64,000 nucleotides of DNA from Octopus sinensis (taxonomy: Eukaryota), in assembly GCF_006345805.1 (NCBI RefSeq), contig NC_043006.1:37882001-37946000 (forward strand). The letters are read 5' to 3'. A model generated the notes under the pieces. The model ran no database searches, was not told the origin of the DNA, and saw only the letters and a program-made list of their open reading frames with translations. Every line of letters starts with the position of its first letter. The first letter of the stretch is position 1. The position numbers and the translations under genes were made by a program. This document shows positions 50,396-64,000 of this stretch, piece by piece.

Positions 50396-53061
50396 GGCTT
50401 CTTTCAGTTTCTGTCTACCAAGCCTGCTCGCAAGGATTTAGTTGGCCCAGGGCTATTGTATAAGACACTCACCCAAAGTGCCACACAGTAGCACTGAACC
50501 CTAAACTATTTTAGTTGGGAAGGAAAATTCCTAACCACGCAGCCCCACCACACACACACACCCATACTCGTGCACCCACAGATGCACATACACACTTTCG
50601 CATAGATTCTAAAGCAGAATGTCTATCCAATTAAGGCCATAGAATTACGCATCACATTATGCATGTGTGGATGCAAGCACATGTGTGTGAGTGTGTGCGT
50701 GTGAATGCGTAGATAGTGAATAATTGTGTATGCTTGTTTGTGTGTTAATATGTGTGTGTATATGTTCTCGGATTTCAAATTTTGCATTTATCTACAAAAT
50801 GCATCTCATTATTTTAATGAATGCATACACAAACACACACACACCACACACATGCAAACACATGTACAGATGTGCACATCTATAGGCTCTGAAATACCTA
50901 CATGCTTACGTCTATATAAGTGTGTGCCTGTGTGTGTGTGTGTTTGCTTGTGTGTATACAATATCACTCAACCATGTGTAAACATGCAGCATGTACGGTG
51001 TTTATACACCTACATACATAGATTACATACAATATAACAGAGACAGACACAGCCTAAATAAAACGTACACATATACACGCACATGTTAACACTGCATTGT
51101 CAATATTCATATGCAGACAGAATGATATGCCTTCATACAGGTATACATACAAACATGCATACATACATACATACATACATACTTATATATATGGGGGCAC
51201 ATGGCCCAGTGGTTGGAGCGTTGGACTCACGATTTTGCGATCATGATTTCAATTCCTAGAACAGATAAGGTGAAGTGTTCTTGGGCAAAACACTTCACCT
51301 TATCTTGCTCTGTGATCAGTTCAACACCAAGGTATCGCACACAGTGCACCTATTCAGACAAAGTCAATCTGATGGAAGGAGTGAGTTAATGTGAGGCACA
51401 AGCATTTGATCACTATAAACAAATCATTTGTGTTGGTCGTTCAGCAAAAGCTGAATGCACATTTGACGTCTTCAATGAGAGAGTCCATCATATATATATT
51501 ACTCGTATTACTACCTCAGTCAATCTAAATATATATATTTGTCACTACCTGTCATAAATAGCCTTTTCCTATTTGCAATATGCATTTTCGTTGATTCTTC
51601 ATATTTTACCCTTACATTTCCACGTGTATTTTATATTTTCTTTTCGTAACATATTTCTACTATATATATATATATATATACTGTCCTGTTTGTGTTATCT
51701 ATTTTGACCCTCCCCAAAATCCAAAATTGTATCTAATTTGCTTTGCGGGAGCAACTGCTTTATCAAAAGTGTATATTGTCGTTAAATGCTCGAAATACGA
51801 GACTAGAAAAACAACCAGAAATGATAGCATGCAAAGTGCATATGTACAGATATAGTCCACAAGAACAGATGCATACACATGTGCAGTGGAGAGATCCAGT
51901 GCTATTCCATAATTGTAAGGGTGGGTATGGATGGAAAGTGTGGAGTGGGGGGGTGAATTTGAAGGAAAAAAAGATATGAAACTAGTGAGAATCCTGAAAA
52001 GGACATATAAGGAAGAAAAAGTGTGGAAGGGAGAGAGAGAGAGAGAGAAAGAGAGATGAGAGGATGTTGAAGTGATGAAGTTGTAGGGAGATGAAAGTGA
52101 TATGCATATAAAGACATCTAGTTTGCAGAAATGATGCCAAAGCAGGCACTGGAGCATGAAGCCATTGTCCTTGGACTCATCAAATCTCTGTCAAACTGTC
52201 CAACTCATGCCAGCATGGCACTTAAATGATGATTGATGATAACATGTATGTGTGTGTGTGTGTGTGTCAATCTGTATCACCAACATCACTAATGTTTTGT
52301 TTGTCCTTTTAACATCAATTGCCATAATGAGATTGTGGTAGCATTTTTGATGGGGTACCAGGCACATTGTATACATTAAACTTTTTGATATCGTTGGCTT
52401 GGAAAGGTACATATATTAGAGAATTCGTTCTCTTATAAGTCTATAAAAGTGATATTTTTATACACCTTATAATTCCCAGGTACTATCAAAATTTCTGTTG
52501 GTACTGTCGACATGATAAGAGTGAATAATTCTGCTAGGTGTCGAAACCACAAGGATTTCCAATAGAGCAGATGATGATGAGATGTCTATGTCTGTTTATG
52601 TTATGATCGTTGCTAATGTCGCATGTATGTAGCTGTATATATATTCCCCTCTTTGGTTTCATTTTGATGTTCTTCAACATGCTGATTGTATTAGCATTTG
52701 TAATCCAAGAGGTTTAAGAATTTTCCATTGTCTGATATGGAACTTGGTCAGATTTTATTGTTTCTCTTGTTGATTCATTGTATCTATAGGCTTATGAAGG
52801 TCTTATATTAAATTGGATTGAGATGGAAGTTTTAATTGCTTATTAATTATAGTATATCAGGATATTAGTAGTATTAAAATTATTGAGTTAGATATTAGCT
52901 AGTCATTACGTTATGGTGGACTTGTGACACACACACACACACAAACAAACACACACAGAGATACATACAGAAACATACGTATGTGTGCAAATGAGTATAT
53001 AATGGATATGTGTACATATATGTATATAACATTGGTTTACTAATGTAGTGTGGATGTGCAA

Positions 53062-53405
53062 TGGTCCAGTAGTTAGGGCAGCAGACTCGTGGTTTCGATT
53101 CCCACACTGGGCGTTGTGAGTATTTATTGAGCAAAAACACCTAAAGCTCCACAAGGCTCTGGCAGGGGGTGGTGGCGATCCCTGCTGTACTCTTTCACCA
53201 CACCTTTCTCTCACTCTTTCTTCCTGTTTCTGTTGCACATGTATTTCAAAGGAAGCCAGCCTTGTCATACTCTGTATCACGCTGAATCTCCCTGAGTACT
53301 ACGTTGAAGGTACACGTGTCTGTGGAGTGCTCAGCCATTTACACGTTAATTTCATGCGCAGGCTGTTCTGTTGATCGGATCAACTGGAACCCTCGTCATC
53401 GTAAC
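53062..53405 (+). mobile_element. SINE with a family C tail and a different tRNA-like head
   Basis: atggtccagtagttagggcagcagactc...ggtttcgattccc head; the 3' half (ccagccttgtca...gaaccctcgtcatcgtaac) matches family C. Confidence 0.7.
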
Positions 53406-54393
53406 TATTACAGAGCCATTAACGTAGTCCTTGTTTCATTACCTAAGATGCACATATACTCACATGTCACATGTTACCTATCACACACACACAAACATGC
53501 ATGCACACACTCCCCCTCCCCCACACACACATTCAACCTGCACATGTCTACACACACATACACATATTCTTTCACATAACCTATCACACATACACAAACA
53601 TGAAAACACACACTCACACACACGTGTACATGTACACATACAGATACTGTCTCATATAGCCTATCATACATACATACACACACACACATAAACAAACCTG
53701 CACATACATACACATACATGCATGAATACAAACATGCACACATGGCAATTGGTGTTGTTTAGGGACTCATTTCAACCGCCCTTCCTCACCTATAATCATA
53801 CACATACACACATACACACACGTACTCAAACATACACACACACATACTCATACACACACACACAAACAGCTGCTGCTGGTTGTTGTTGATGCTCAGAGAC
53901 TTGATACACCAACCCACATCCATACATGTACACAGCCTCTCATATAACCTGACATTTAACCCTTTCGTTACCAAATCCCTATTGACACACACTGCTTTTA
54001 TTTCAATTAATTTTGAAAATATTGAAGAATTTAGTGAAATAACTTTGTCAATATTAAGCTGGTATTTGGAACATAAATTCATATGAGAATTTAATGGAAG
54101 GTTTCAGATTTAAATCAGTTTAAAACGGGAAGTTTGTGTCATAAAACCATTGACAGTCTCAGGTGGCTTGGTATCAAAAAGGTTAAACAGGTGCACACAC
54201 ACACACTCACACACACGTATATATATACAATCACACATACACATAATTAGTTGTTGAGCTGGCAGAATCGTTAGCATGCAGGGCAAAATGCTAAGCAGCA
54301 TTTCGTCCGTCATTACATTCTGAGTTCAAATTCTGCTGTGGTCGACTTAACCCCTCCCCTGAACTTGCTGGCCTTGTGCCAAAATTTGAAACC

Positions 54394-54735
54394 ATTATTA
54401 TCTCCGCCTTAATGAAGGTGGAGGCATAGTTTTCAGTTGTGTTTGTTTGTTGTTCGTCCATGGACAAGATGTCTCAAGAACCAGTGGATGGATTTAGATG
54501 AAACTTTCAGGAATGTTTGGCCTCATGACTGGCATGAACTGATTAGATTTCGGAATCGATCCGGTACCAGAGAAGGATTCTGGATTATTTTACCTGTTTT
54601 TTTTTACTTAATTTTTGAGAGCATTCAGGCTCATTTTGAATATCTTCCTTTGTGAGAGCAGTCAAGTTTATTTCAGATATTCTCATTTTAAAAATCATCT
54701 CCGGCTAATCATTGACAGGACATTGGTATTGATTG
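54394..54735 (+). mobile_element. Second HINE-like copy, 3' end lost
   Basis: Collinear with 8996-9330 (attat..ctccgcctt..tgaagg...caagaacca.tggatg...gaaactttcagg...). Confidence 0.65.
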
Positions 54736-55089
54736 GTTATCGTTGCTATTGTTTAACCCAAGGCTGACCCTGATCAAGCAGAACTATAATGAAGAGTAAA
54801 AATGGCTCTCCAAAATGACAAGATAATTTATAGATTGGTAAACATTATGGAGATGGCAGAATTGAAGACATAACAATTGATAAGAGTAGCAGAAGTTTGG
54901 AGATGACTGAAGAAAAATTGTCAGGCAACCAATTACATTCTAAGAATTCTCAGCTGCAGAAACTTCAGAGGTTGGTACTGGCACTCTGACAGTTAAGATG
55001 ATGAGGGTTCCACATGATTCGATCAACGGAACAGCTTAATCGTGAAATTAATGTGCAAGTGGCTGAGTACTCCACAGACACATGTACCT

Positions 55090-55488
55090 TTAATACTTTT
55101 GTGTTTAAACTGACCATATCCAGCCTAAATATTCTTCATCTTTTACATCCAGCCTGGCCATATCCAGCCTCTCACACCTAACCTACATTAACCAGCCATA
55201 CCTGACCCAAATGTTCTTCATATTTTATATCCAAACTGGCCATATCCACCCTAACCTACATTAACCAGCCATACCTGACCCAAATATTCTTCATATTTTA
55301 TATAGATATGGCCAGTTCAAACTGGTCATATCCAGCCTCTCACACCTAACCTACATTGACATTCTAAAAATAAACAATCATGTCACTGAAACCTCAAAGC
55401 TAGGAGATAATGCAGGATTAATTCAAAACAATTTGAGTGAAAAAGCTTTACAATTGACAACATTACAATCTGAATCCTAAAGGGTTAA
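55090..55488. mobile_element. TTAA-flanked MITE nested inside a family C SINE
   Basis: The SINE sequence gtacc|ttaa...|atgaagttctc is split; TTAA is present at both 55090-55093 and 55485-55488. Confidence 0.75.
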
Positions 55489-55944
55489 ATGAAGTTCTCC
55501 GGGAGAATCAGCGTGACACAGAATGTGACAAGGCTGGCCCCTTTGAAATACATGAAAGACTCAATTTTGACAGTTGATTACACTGAGGCAAACGTGAAAT
55601 AAAGTGTCTTGCTCAAGGACACAACTATGCAATTGTGAACAGAACACCCTAACCACTGAGCCACATGCCTTCACATAATCAAGGGCATTCCAGCCATGGC
55701 CACCTGAACATTTTTGTATATCAAGGACATTACATAGTTCAATGTGTCCTTTTTTTCTATTAGTAAGGTAGTAATGTGCGATTTGAGGAATATTTGGCAG
55801 CTATATCTAGCAGATTGAGCAACCATGTTGTGGGTCTCTCACTCGTTCTTTATTTGTTTCAGCCATTTAGCATGTCACTGCTATGTCTAGCAAAATAAAA
55901 GATTTCGCTGAGCTCCCACACTGGCTCCAGAATGGTATGTGTAA

Positions 55945-57230
55945 CACAATACTTTTCCTGTGAATGATGGTGGTGGGTGGTGGTGATGGGTGATGGTGGT
56001 GGAGGTGATAGTGATAATGACGGCAGTGGGGTGAGGAGATAAGGATCAGCATAATATTAATTATGATTACAATGAAGATGGCGGAGGTGGTAGTGGTGTT
56101 GGTGGTGGAGGCTGTGATGATGAGGATGGTGGTATGGGTGGAGATGGTGGTGGTGAAAGTGGCATGGTGATATAAGAGATATAAGGATTGTGTTCATATT
56201 GATTACAATGGCGATGATGATGATGATGAAGATAAGGATGATGATGGTGGCGGTGGCAGAGGCTACGGTTGTGGTGATGCTGACAGTGCCTATTGGGGGT
56301 GAGAATAGATAAGGCTCAAAGTATTGATTACAATGGTAATGGTGGTGGTGGTGGTGGTGAGAGGGACACAATAATTTTGAAGTTGATCATAGTAGTGATT
56401 GCTGACGATGATGAGACAATGATGTTGATGATGATGGTGGTGACAGCGGCAGTGGTGGTGCCGGTGGCAGTGATGGTGGTAGTGGTAATAATTAGGATGG
56501 GAAGAGATAAGGATCATAATATTGATTACATCAATGGTGGTGGTGGTGGTAGAGGCAGTGGTGGCGGCAACATTATTTGCCAATTGATGCGGAGGGGAGG
56601 GTAGTTGTGGTAGTGGTGATGGTTAAGATTAGAACAGATAAAGGATCATGATATTAATTTTAATGATGGTAGTGTGATTGTGATGATGATGATGATGATG
56701 AAATGGCATTGATGACAATAGAACTTGAGAATTAGCAATAATGATGATGATGATGGGGAGAGTGGTGATGGTGGTGGTGGTGGCTGGATTGAGAAAATAT
56801 AAGGACAAAGATCAAGAAACTGATTTCAATGATTATGATAACAATAATGCTGAGAATTAGTGATGAGGAGGACGAGGATGAAGATGGTGATGGCAAAAAT
56901 GGTGATGATGATGAGAAGGAGGATGATGATGAGGAGGAAGATGATGGTAATGATGATGAGGAGGATGATGATGATGGTGGTGGTGGTGATGATGAGGATG
57001 ATGATGATGGCGATGGTGATGAAGATGATGATGATGATGACAGCGATGGTTATGATGATGGCCACAATGGTGATGATGATGATAATGATGATGATGGTGG
57101 TGGTGATGATGAGGAGGAAGATGGCAATGATCATGATGGTGAAGGTGATGATGGTGATGATGATGAGGAGGGGGAGGATGGCAACGGTGATGATGATGAT
57201 GATGACGATGATGGTGGTGATGATGACACA
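55945..57230 (+). repeat. Long (GAT/GGT)n low-complexity tract with a cryptic higher-order repeat
   Basis: Anchor (g/t)ataagg..c...attga/aTTACAATG recurs at 56038, 56180, 56308, 56506, 56637 and 56798. Confidence 0.85.
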
Positions 57231-59123
57231 TATGTCAGCAACACTGACAGTGATGTGAATGGAGCTTCAGGAAAGTACATATGGCAACGGGGACAACACT
57301 TCAGGCAAGTTTGGTAGACCAATTTCCATTCCACTTGGAATACAGTTCCATGCCGAAAGCACTGCTCCATTTTCCAAAATTATAGCCAGCTACAAAACAA
57401 TTATTTGGCTGATTTCCAAATCTGCAAGAACTCAAGGATGTCAGAGACTGGTAGACAAGAAGACACCAATTGTACAAATCACTGCACTTTCAGGAGCTAC
57501 AGGTTGCCATGGCAACTATCATCATCATTTAATGTTTGCTGTCCATGCAGCTATGGAATGCATGGTTTGACAGGAGCCAGTAAGGCCAGGGGCTGCACCA
57601 GGCTCAAGTCATCTGTTTTGGCTTTTTTTCTGTGACTGGAAGCCCTTCCTAATGCCAACCACTTTATAGACTTTACTGAGAGCTTTTTATGTGGTACCAG
57701 CACCATTAAAAGCACCATCGCTGGTGCTTTTAATTTGACATCAGCACCGGTGCTTTTTACATGGCACCATCGCTGGTACCTTTAATGTGGTACCAGCACT
57801 GTGCTTTTTACATGGCACCAGCACTGGTGCTTTTTACATGGAACTATTACAGGTGCTTTTTATGTGACACCAGCACTGGTGATTTTTACATGGCACCATT
57901 ACTGGTGCTTTTAATGTGGCACCAGCACCAGTGCTTTTTACATGGTGCCAGGACCAAATCCTCTATGTACCTAGAGAAAAAAATCATGCTAAAAAATATA
58001 AATGTACAAATACCGTTTATTTTTACAATACTTAGCACAATACTACATCCAACAATTCTTGAGATATCTTGCCCACAAACAAACAAACACAACTGAAAAC
58101 AACACCACTTTTGCTAAGGCAGAGGTAATAAGTACTGGGGTCAACTTGCTTGACTAAATCTTTGATGTTATTGCTCCAGCATGGGCACAATCCAATGACC
58201 AAAACAAGTAAAAGACAGTAATAGGTTATTACATTGATGCTGCTAGTGATGATGATGGCAGTCATTATAAAGCTGGTCACGATAATGTTGATAGTGATTA
58301 TGAAAATAGTCAAGATAACGACAGTGCTGTTGAGAATGTTGATAATATTCTTTCTTTTACTACTCTAGGTGCAAGGCCCGAAATTTTTGGGGAGAGGGCC
58401 AGTTGATTAGATTGACCCCAGTACACAACTAGAACTTAATTCATCGACCCTAAAAGGATGAAAGGCAAAGCTAACCTCAGCGGAATTTGAACTCTGAATG
58501 TAAAGACAGACGAAATACTGTGAAGCATTTCACCTGGTGTGCTAATGTTTCTGCCAGCTCGCCGCCTTAGATAATAGTCCTTTCTGTTATAGGCACAAGG
58601 ACTGAAATTTTGCAGGAGGGGGCCAGTCGATTAGATCGACCCCAGTATGCAACTGGTACTTAATTTCTTGATTTCAAAAGGATGAAAGGCAAAGTCAATC
58701 TCAGCAGAATTTGGACCAAGAAGATAACGGCAGACGAAATACTGCTAAGCATTTTGCTCGACATGCTAACGTTTCTGCCAGCCTTGTATTTTATATAATA
58801 TTCTTTTCTACTCTAGGCACAAGGCCTGAAATTCGACTCCAGTATGCAACTGGTACTTAATTTATCGACCATGAAAGGATGAAAGGCAAAGTCAACCTTG
58901 GTGGAATTTGAACTCAGAACCTAAAGACAGAAAACCCAGCATGCTAACAGTTCTGTCGGCTTCCTGCTGATAATGCTGATGATGTCAATTCTCCTAGTGA
59001 TGATAGTAACTGTGATAATGTGTACATCTATTTGCAAATGAGTGAATGTATATGAGTCTGCATGTGTGTATACGTTTAGGTATGAGCACATGTGCATAGA
59101 TTTATGCATTAATGTATGAGCAG

Positions 59124-59173
<50 letters not shown>

Positions 59174-59240
59174 TGTATATATGTATATGTATGTGCGCAT
59201 ATATATATATATGTATGTGTGTGTGGGGGGTATATATATG

Positions 59241-59395
59241 TGAGTATAAATATATATATATATATATGTGTATATATAAGTATAGAAATATATGTGTGTG
59301 TATATATATATATATATATACACACACATATATATATATATACATTACATATATATATATACAAATATATATACATAGGTATACATAAATACATA

Positions 59396-59426
<31 letters not shown>

Positions 59427-59552
59427 GCACATATTGATGTGTGTAGGAATTAACAAGTAATGTACTGTCAGCCCTTTTATCTGCCACTAAACACTGAGTA
59501 TAAATATATATATATATATGTGTATATATAAGTATAGAAATATATGTGTGTG

Positions 59553-59608
<56 letters not shown>

Positions 59609-59755
59609 CATTACATATATATATATACAAATATATATACATAGGTATACATAAATACATATATATATGTATGTATGTATGTATGTGCACATATTGATGT
59701 GTGTAGGAATTAACAAGTTATGTACTGTCAGCCCTTTTATCTGCCACTAAACACT
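59241..59755 (+). repeat. Near-perfect tandem duplication, period ~254 bp
   Basis: Unique segments are identical except one substitution (aagtaatg/aagttatg); the microsatellite lengths differ. Confidence 0.95.
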
Positions 59756-62700
59756 TAGCTGTTCCTTGTTAACTTGAAATTTTCTTTGATCTAAGATGAT
59801 TTAGGTGTTGAATTTCTTCTATTCCCCAGACATCTTGACTCCACTTATAACCAGTTTCCCCTCACCTCCTTTCTTTATCTCATCAATAAAATAAAATAAG
59901 AAATAATAAGCCTCCCACTCTTAACTACTAAAGTGTTGAGTAATTATGGTATGCAAATTTGTCAATCCATTTCTTTGAAACTACTGGATCTGTTGTATAT
60001 ACAACTAAATTGGTTTCTTACTTAGGATTGGTCAAGTGATGTAGGCGCCGCTGAGGAGAACGCAATAAGGTTCGACTACCAATTAAGGCTGGTCATACCA
60101 AATACCCTGTTTTATTCTGCTCTTGGATCTACCTATCTATCAAAATACCGCTAATGCTGATGCATTGTAAAAATGCACCCAATATGCTCTGTGAAGTGGA
60201 AGGCTTTAGAAAGGGCATCCAGCTATTGAAACCATATGAAAGCTATCAGCTCCTGGTAGTTTTCCGGCTTGCCAACTCCTGTCAATCTGTCCAACCCATA
60301 CCAGCATGGAAAATGGACATTAAATGATAGTGATAATGGTATATGTGTGTGCATGTATATTTGTAATAACAATACTTATCCGAAAGAAAGAAAGGCAAAG
60401 CTGACTTCGGTGGGTAAGTTCAAATTCCGCCGAGGTCGACTTTGCCTTTTGTCCTTTCAAGGTCAATAAATTAAATACTGGTTGCGTACTGGGATCGATC
60501 TAATTGACTGTCCCCCTCCCCAAAAACTTCGGGCCTTGTACCTTGAGTAGAAAAGAGGCATGAGCATATTTAAGTGCTAGGCAATATAATTCTTAAATGT
60601 AATAACTTAATCATTCTATGTTTTGTTGTACTATCTTTTATTTCATGTAATTTCCTTGTAAGATTTGAAGACTTTCTGTATCAGTATAATAAATAAACTA
60701 AAGAACAATTCCCTCATTTCTTCTAACTAACCGTATAATTATTACCAATGTATTATTCTACAAAATCAAAATCATTTCATTTCTATATATGTAGATATAT
60801 ATTTCCAAGATAGTGAATTTGTGTGTGGATAGTTTAAGTGGCTGAGCACTCCACAGTCATCCATGTCCTGCAACAGGTTTGTGTGTGCATGATTCTTTGA
60901 TTATATTGGAAGCATGTTCAGTTTTTGTAGTTCTGCAAGTGCTGCATAGTCAATCATGAATTTCATTGATTACTGTCACAGATGCCAGACCTTTCTTAGA
61001 AGCAGTTGCGGTATCACTCATTTACAGCAACAAAATATCAAAATACTACCACTTCCCTGGTTCTAGGTATTCGGGAGGGGTAGTATAATAAGTAGGAGCA
61101 GTTGTGATTCTGTGGATTCTTGCAGAGATATGGTACATCCTGTTGAAGTGCCATGTGGCTGAAGTCACTTCCTTCATTGATCCTCTGGCACTCTGTTGGT
61201 TACAACGAGAGTTCCATTTGATCTGATCAATGGAACAACCAGCTTGTGAAATTAACACGAAAGTGGCTGAGTACTCACAGACACACATATCCTTAATGTA
61301 ATTCTTAGGGAGATTCAACATTACACAGAATGTGACAAGGCTGGCCTCTTTGTAATTACAGATACAACTCATTTTTGCCAGCTGAGCGGACTGGAGCAAA
61401 GCGAAATAAAGTGTCTTGCTCAAGGTCAGAGTGCACCACTGGGAATTGAACTCACGGTCTTCATTGGTCAATAGTAGAGAAACCTAGTAACTCTAGACAG
61501 CTTCCTCTTCTGTTTTCTTTCTTTAATTCTTTTGCTCATTTTTTTTTGTATTCTATCCTTTATCTTTTCTACTTGTTTCTGTGGCCATGCTGGAGCACAG
61601 CCTTGAAGTTGAATGTATCGACTCCAGGACTAAGTCTGATACTTATTGCATCAGTCTCTTTTGCTGAACCACCAGGTCATGAGGACATAAACAAACTACA
61701 GTTAGTTGTCAAGTGGTGAGTGGCAGATGGACAAATACAAACACAAAATCACACACAAAGACACACACATAAATATATTTGACAGGACACCACACAGTTT
61801 CCATTTACCAAAAACACTCATGAGGCATATTAGAACTGAACCTGAAAACATCTGGTTGCAAAGTGGGCTTCCTAACCACACAGCCATGTCTGCACCTACT
61901 TTTATTTAATTTTTTCATTGTCATTCAAACAGCTTTTCAGAAACAAACTTGTGTCCTTTGAAAACCAGTGTTTAAGGAAGAATATATCAATGTATGGTAA
62001 ATGAAGGGGATTGTAGCATTATTACATAGGCTCTTCCACAACAATTTGGAAATCTAGGATACATAATCATTTGTCTTCATTCAAGTTTGGGAGAAAATAT
62101 AATTCTATGAATCTTAATAAATGCATTGGGAATTTGAAAGACAGGAACATTAATTATGATATGGTTCATTATCAGTTACAATCCAACATACAATACCGGT
62201 AATTTTAAATGTTATCTTTGCCTTGAGGAAATGCATTATATAATTACTTCAAAATTAAAATTACTGAATTGTAGAACTAATCTTACATTGAAATGTTCCC
62301 ACAGGTACAGAAAAGCATTTAAATATTTGAATAGTAAATAACATCTTCATTATAATTGCTTTCCCTACAATCAAATAAGCATATTTTTATAATTGATTTA
62401 GCATAAACAAATAGATAACTAAATGTCACAACATAGAATTTCAGAGTCGTTGTCTACTGATATCAACATAAGTCTAAATGCTAGATTGGCTTTTCTTAGG
62501 ATATTACACTTCTTTATAGTGTTCTTTTCGTAAGCATTCATATATTATAAATATCATTTCAGTTCACTTAAAATTTAAGCCATTTTGGATTACTTAGATA
62601 ATATTGTGTTAGAATAAATTTTCAGATATATTCAAATGATAGGTATTTTGTATATTTTTATAAATCTAAATATGCTGGCACAACAAAAACGGTCATTGGT

Positions 62701-62935
62701 ATTCTATGGTGCAATAACTAAATAAAGATTTGATTTCTCCATTCTTCTTCATGCTGTTATATATATATATAACAAAATATTTTGGCAATTTAAATGTTGA
62801 AGTGAATCCAATGGTTTTTGTGTATTTTTAAATGGCTTATAGACACCTTCCACGCTGCAATTGTTTGTTTCAGCACAAGATCTCAGATCAGGTCACTTGC
62901 TATGCAAGTACATCTCCATAATATATATATATATA

Positions 62936-62985
62936 TAAAGTAAACAGAAAATGGAGAAATATTTCTCCATTTTCTGTTTACTTTA
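62936..62985. repeat. Perfect 50-bp palindrome with no spacer
   Basis: taaagtaaacagaaaatggagaaat|atttctccattttctgtttacttta. Confidence 0.95.
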
Positions 62986-64000
62986 AATTTGATTCCTGAT
63001 AAACTGTTTATCTTTGCCATCACCTGTATGAGCATAATATGCTTGCATATGTATGTCCAGGGTTAACATAGGTAATTATACTGGTAGTATAACAGATATT
63101 TTTATCCCTCAGATGGTTATTCCAACCTCTAACTTCACTAACCTTATATATATATATATACATATACACACGTATATATTACTCAAAGAAATTCCGACTG
63201 ATTTTTCATGTTTTATTTACAATCTTATAATAATATAATATAAGATAATATAATATAATGAAATGATAGAATATTAAATGTCCATTCTGATTGAACTATG
63301 CAATCTTCAGGTTCATATAGTAGTGGTGACAGTTATGTTTTACAATTTATAACTCTATACATATAACAAAGATACACACATATTTATCTATCTATCTATC
63401 TAAAGACACACACATATTTGTGTGTGTGTGTGAGTGTGTGTATTTGTTTACTTATATGCATGCAGGTGAGTTTTTTTTTGTTTTTGTCTTGTAAGTGTGG
63501 CATTAGGAAGGACATCTAACAGCAGAAACCATGCCAAAGAAGACAATGGATCTCAGTACAGTCCTCTGGTTTGTTTGTTCCTGTCGAACCATCCAATCCA
63601 TGGAAAACAGACTTGATGACGATGATGATGATGATGTGAATATGAGTTTACTTGAGTGAATTACATACCAGTTTGAGAGAGTATATGTGTCTATGTATGG
63701 TTCAAGAGCCTGAATTCCTATGAATCTATGCATTAATTAGTATCTCTCTGTCTGAATGCCGGTGCATATGTGCGTGCATATATGCACACATACAAATGTA
63801 TTTGTATAGGTGCATTCATCTATTTGTATATGAATATACATACATATGTTGTGTGGATGTATCTGCATAAACACTTCCATATTTGAATGTATTTACATGT
63901 GTGTATGCATATATGTATGGTACAAGAGTCTGTGTGTGTGTGTGTACCAAAACAGACAGTGGTGCTTGGCACAGTCCTCTGGCTTACCAGCTCCTGTGAA

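Noticed and set aside
52430-52900. Possible decayed PLE 3' end (QWKILKPLGL on minus)
   Set aside because: Only a faint motif resemblance with multiple stops; cannot be supported by eye.
56829-57317. 162-aa Asp/Glu-rich ORF and overlapping poly-His/poly-Met ORFs
   Set aside because: Product of a (GAT/GAG/GGT)n tract that is open in several frames; no splice or domain evidence.
60026-60154. Putative exon reading DWSSDVGAAEENAIRF, also resembling an adapter translation
   Set aside because: The DNA does not match the Illumina adapter, there is no good donor, and the protein is unrecognised.
60982-61066. 85-bp AG/GT-bounded open segment (ARPFLEAVAVSLIYSNKISKYYHFPGS)
   Set aside because: Weak polypyrimidine tract and donor, no recognisable homology; expected by chance in 64 kb.

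Overview
This is non-coding, repeat-dense animal DNA with no N gaps. The SINE/MITE families and the very abundant (TA)n, (CA)n and (GAT)n tracts look like an octopus (coleoid cephalopod) genome; that is an inference from recalled repeat families, not a database match. I found no host gene I can identify, and nearly all ORFs in the track are microsatellite or transposon artefacts. The only long intact ORF (4213-5013, minus) is the C-terminal part (RT thumb plus GIY-YIG endonuclease) of a Penelope-like element (PLE). It lies between ~465-bp inverted pseudo-LTRs, each carrying a minimal hammerhead ribozyme with a different core mutation. Further hammerhead motifs occur at 38112-38186 (all core residues intact, palindromic stem III), in a fold-back at 38477-38699, and as a tandem pair at 44503-44730. 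Other content: CR1-group and RTE LINE fragments; a CR1-type 3' end matching the tail of the commonest SINE; at least four modular SINE-like families; mariner remnants; TA- and TTAA-flanked MITEs; Helentron-type non-autonomous elements; several fold-backs and minisatellites; and a few unique islands that could be regulatory or exonic. Coordinates and alignments were done by eye, so boundaries are approximate. PLE-associated hammerheads are a known class; what may be new is these particular families and their arrangements.
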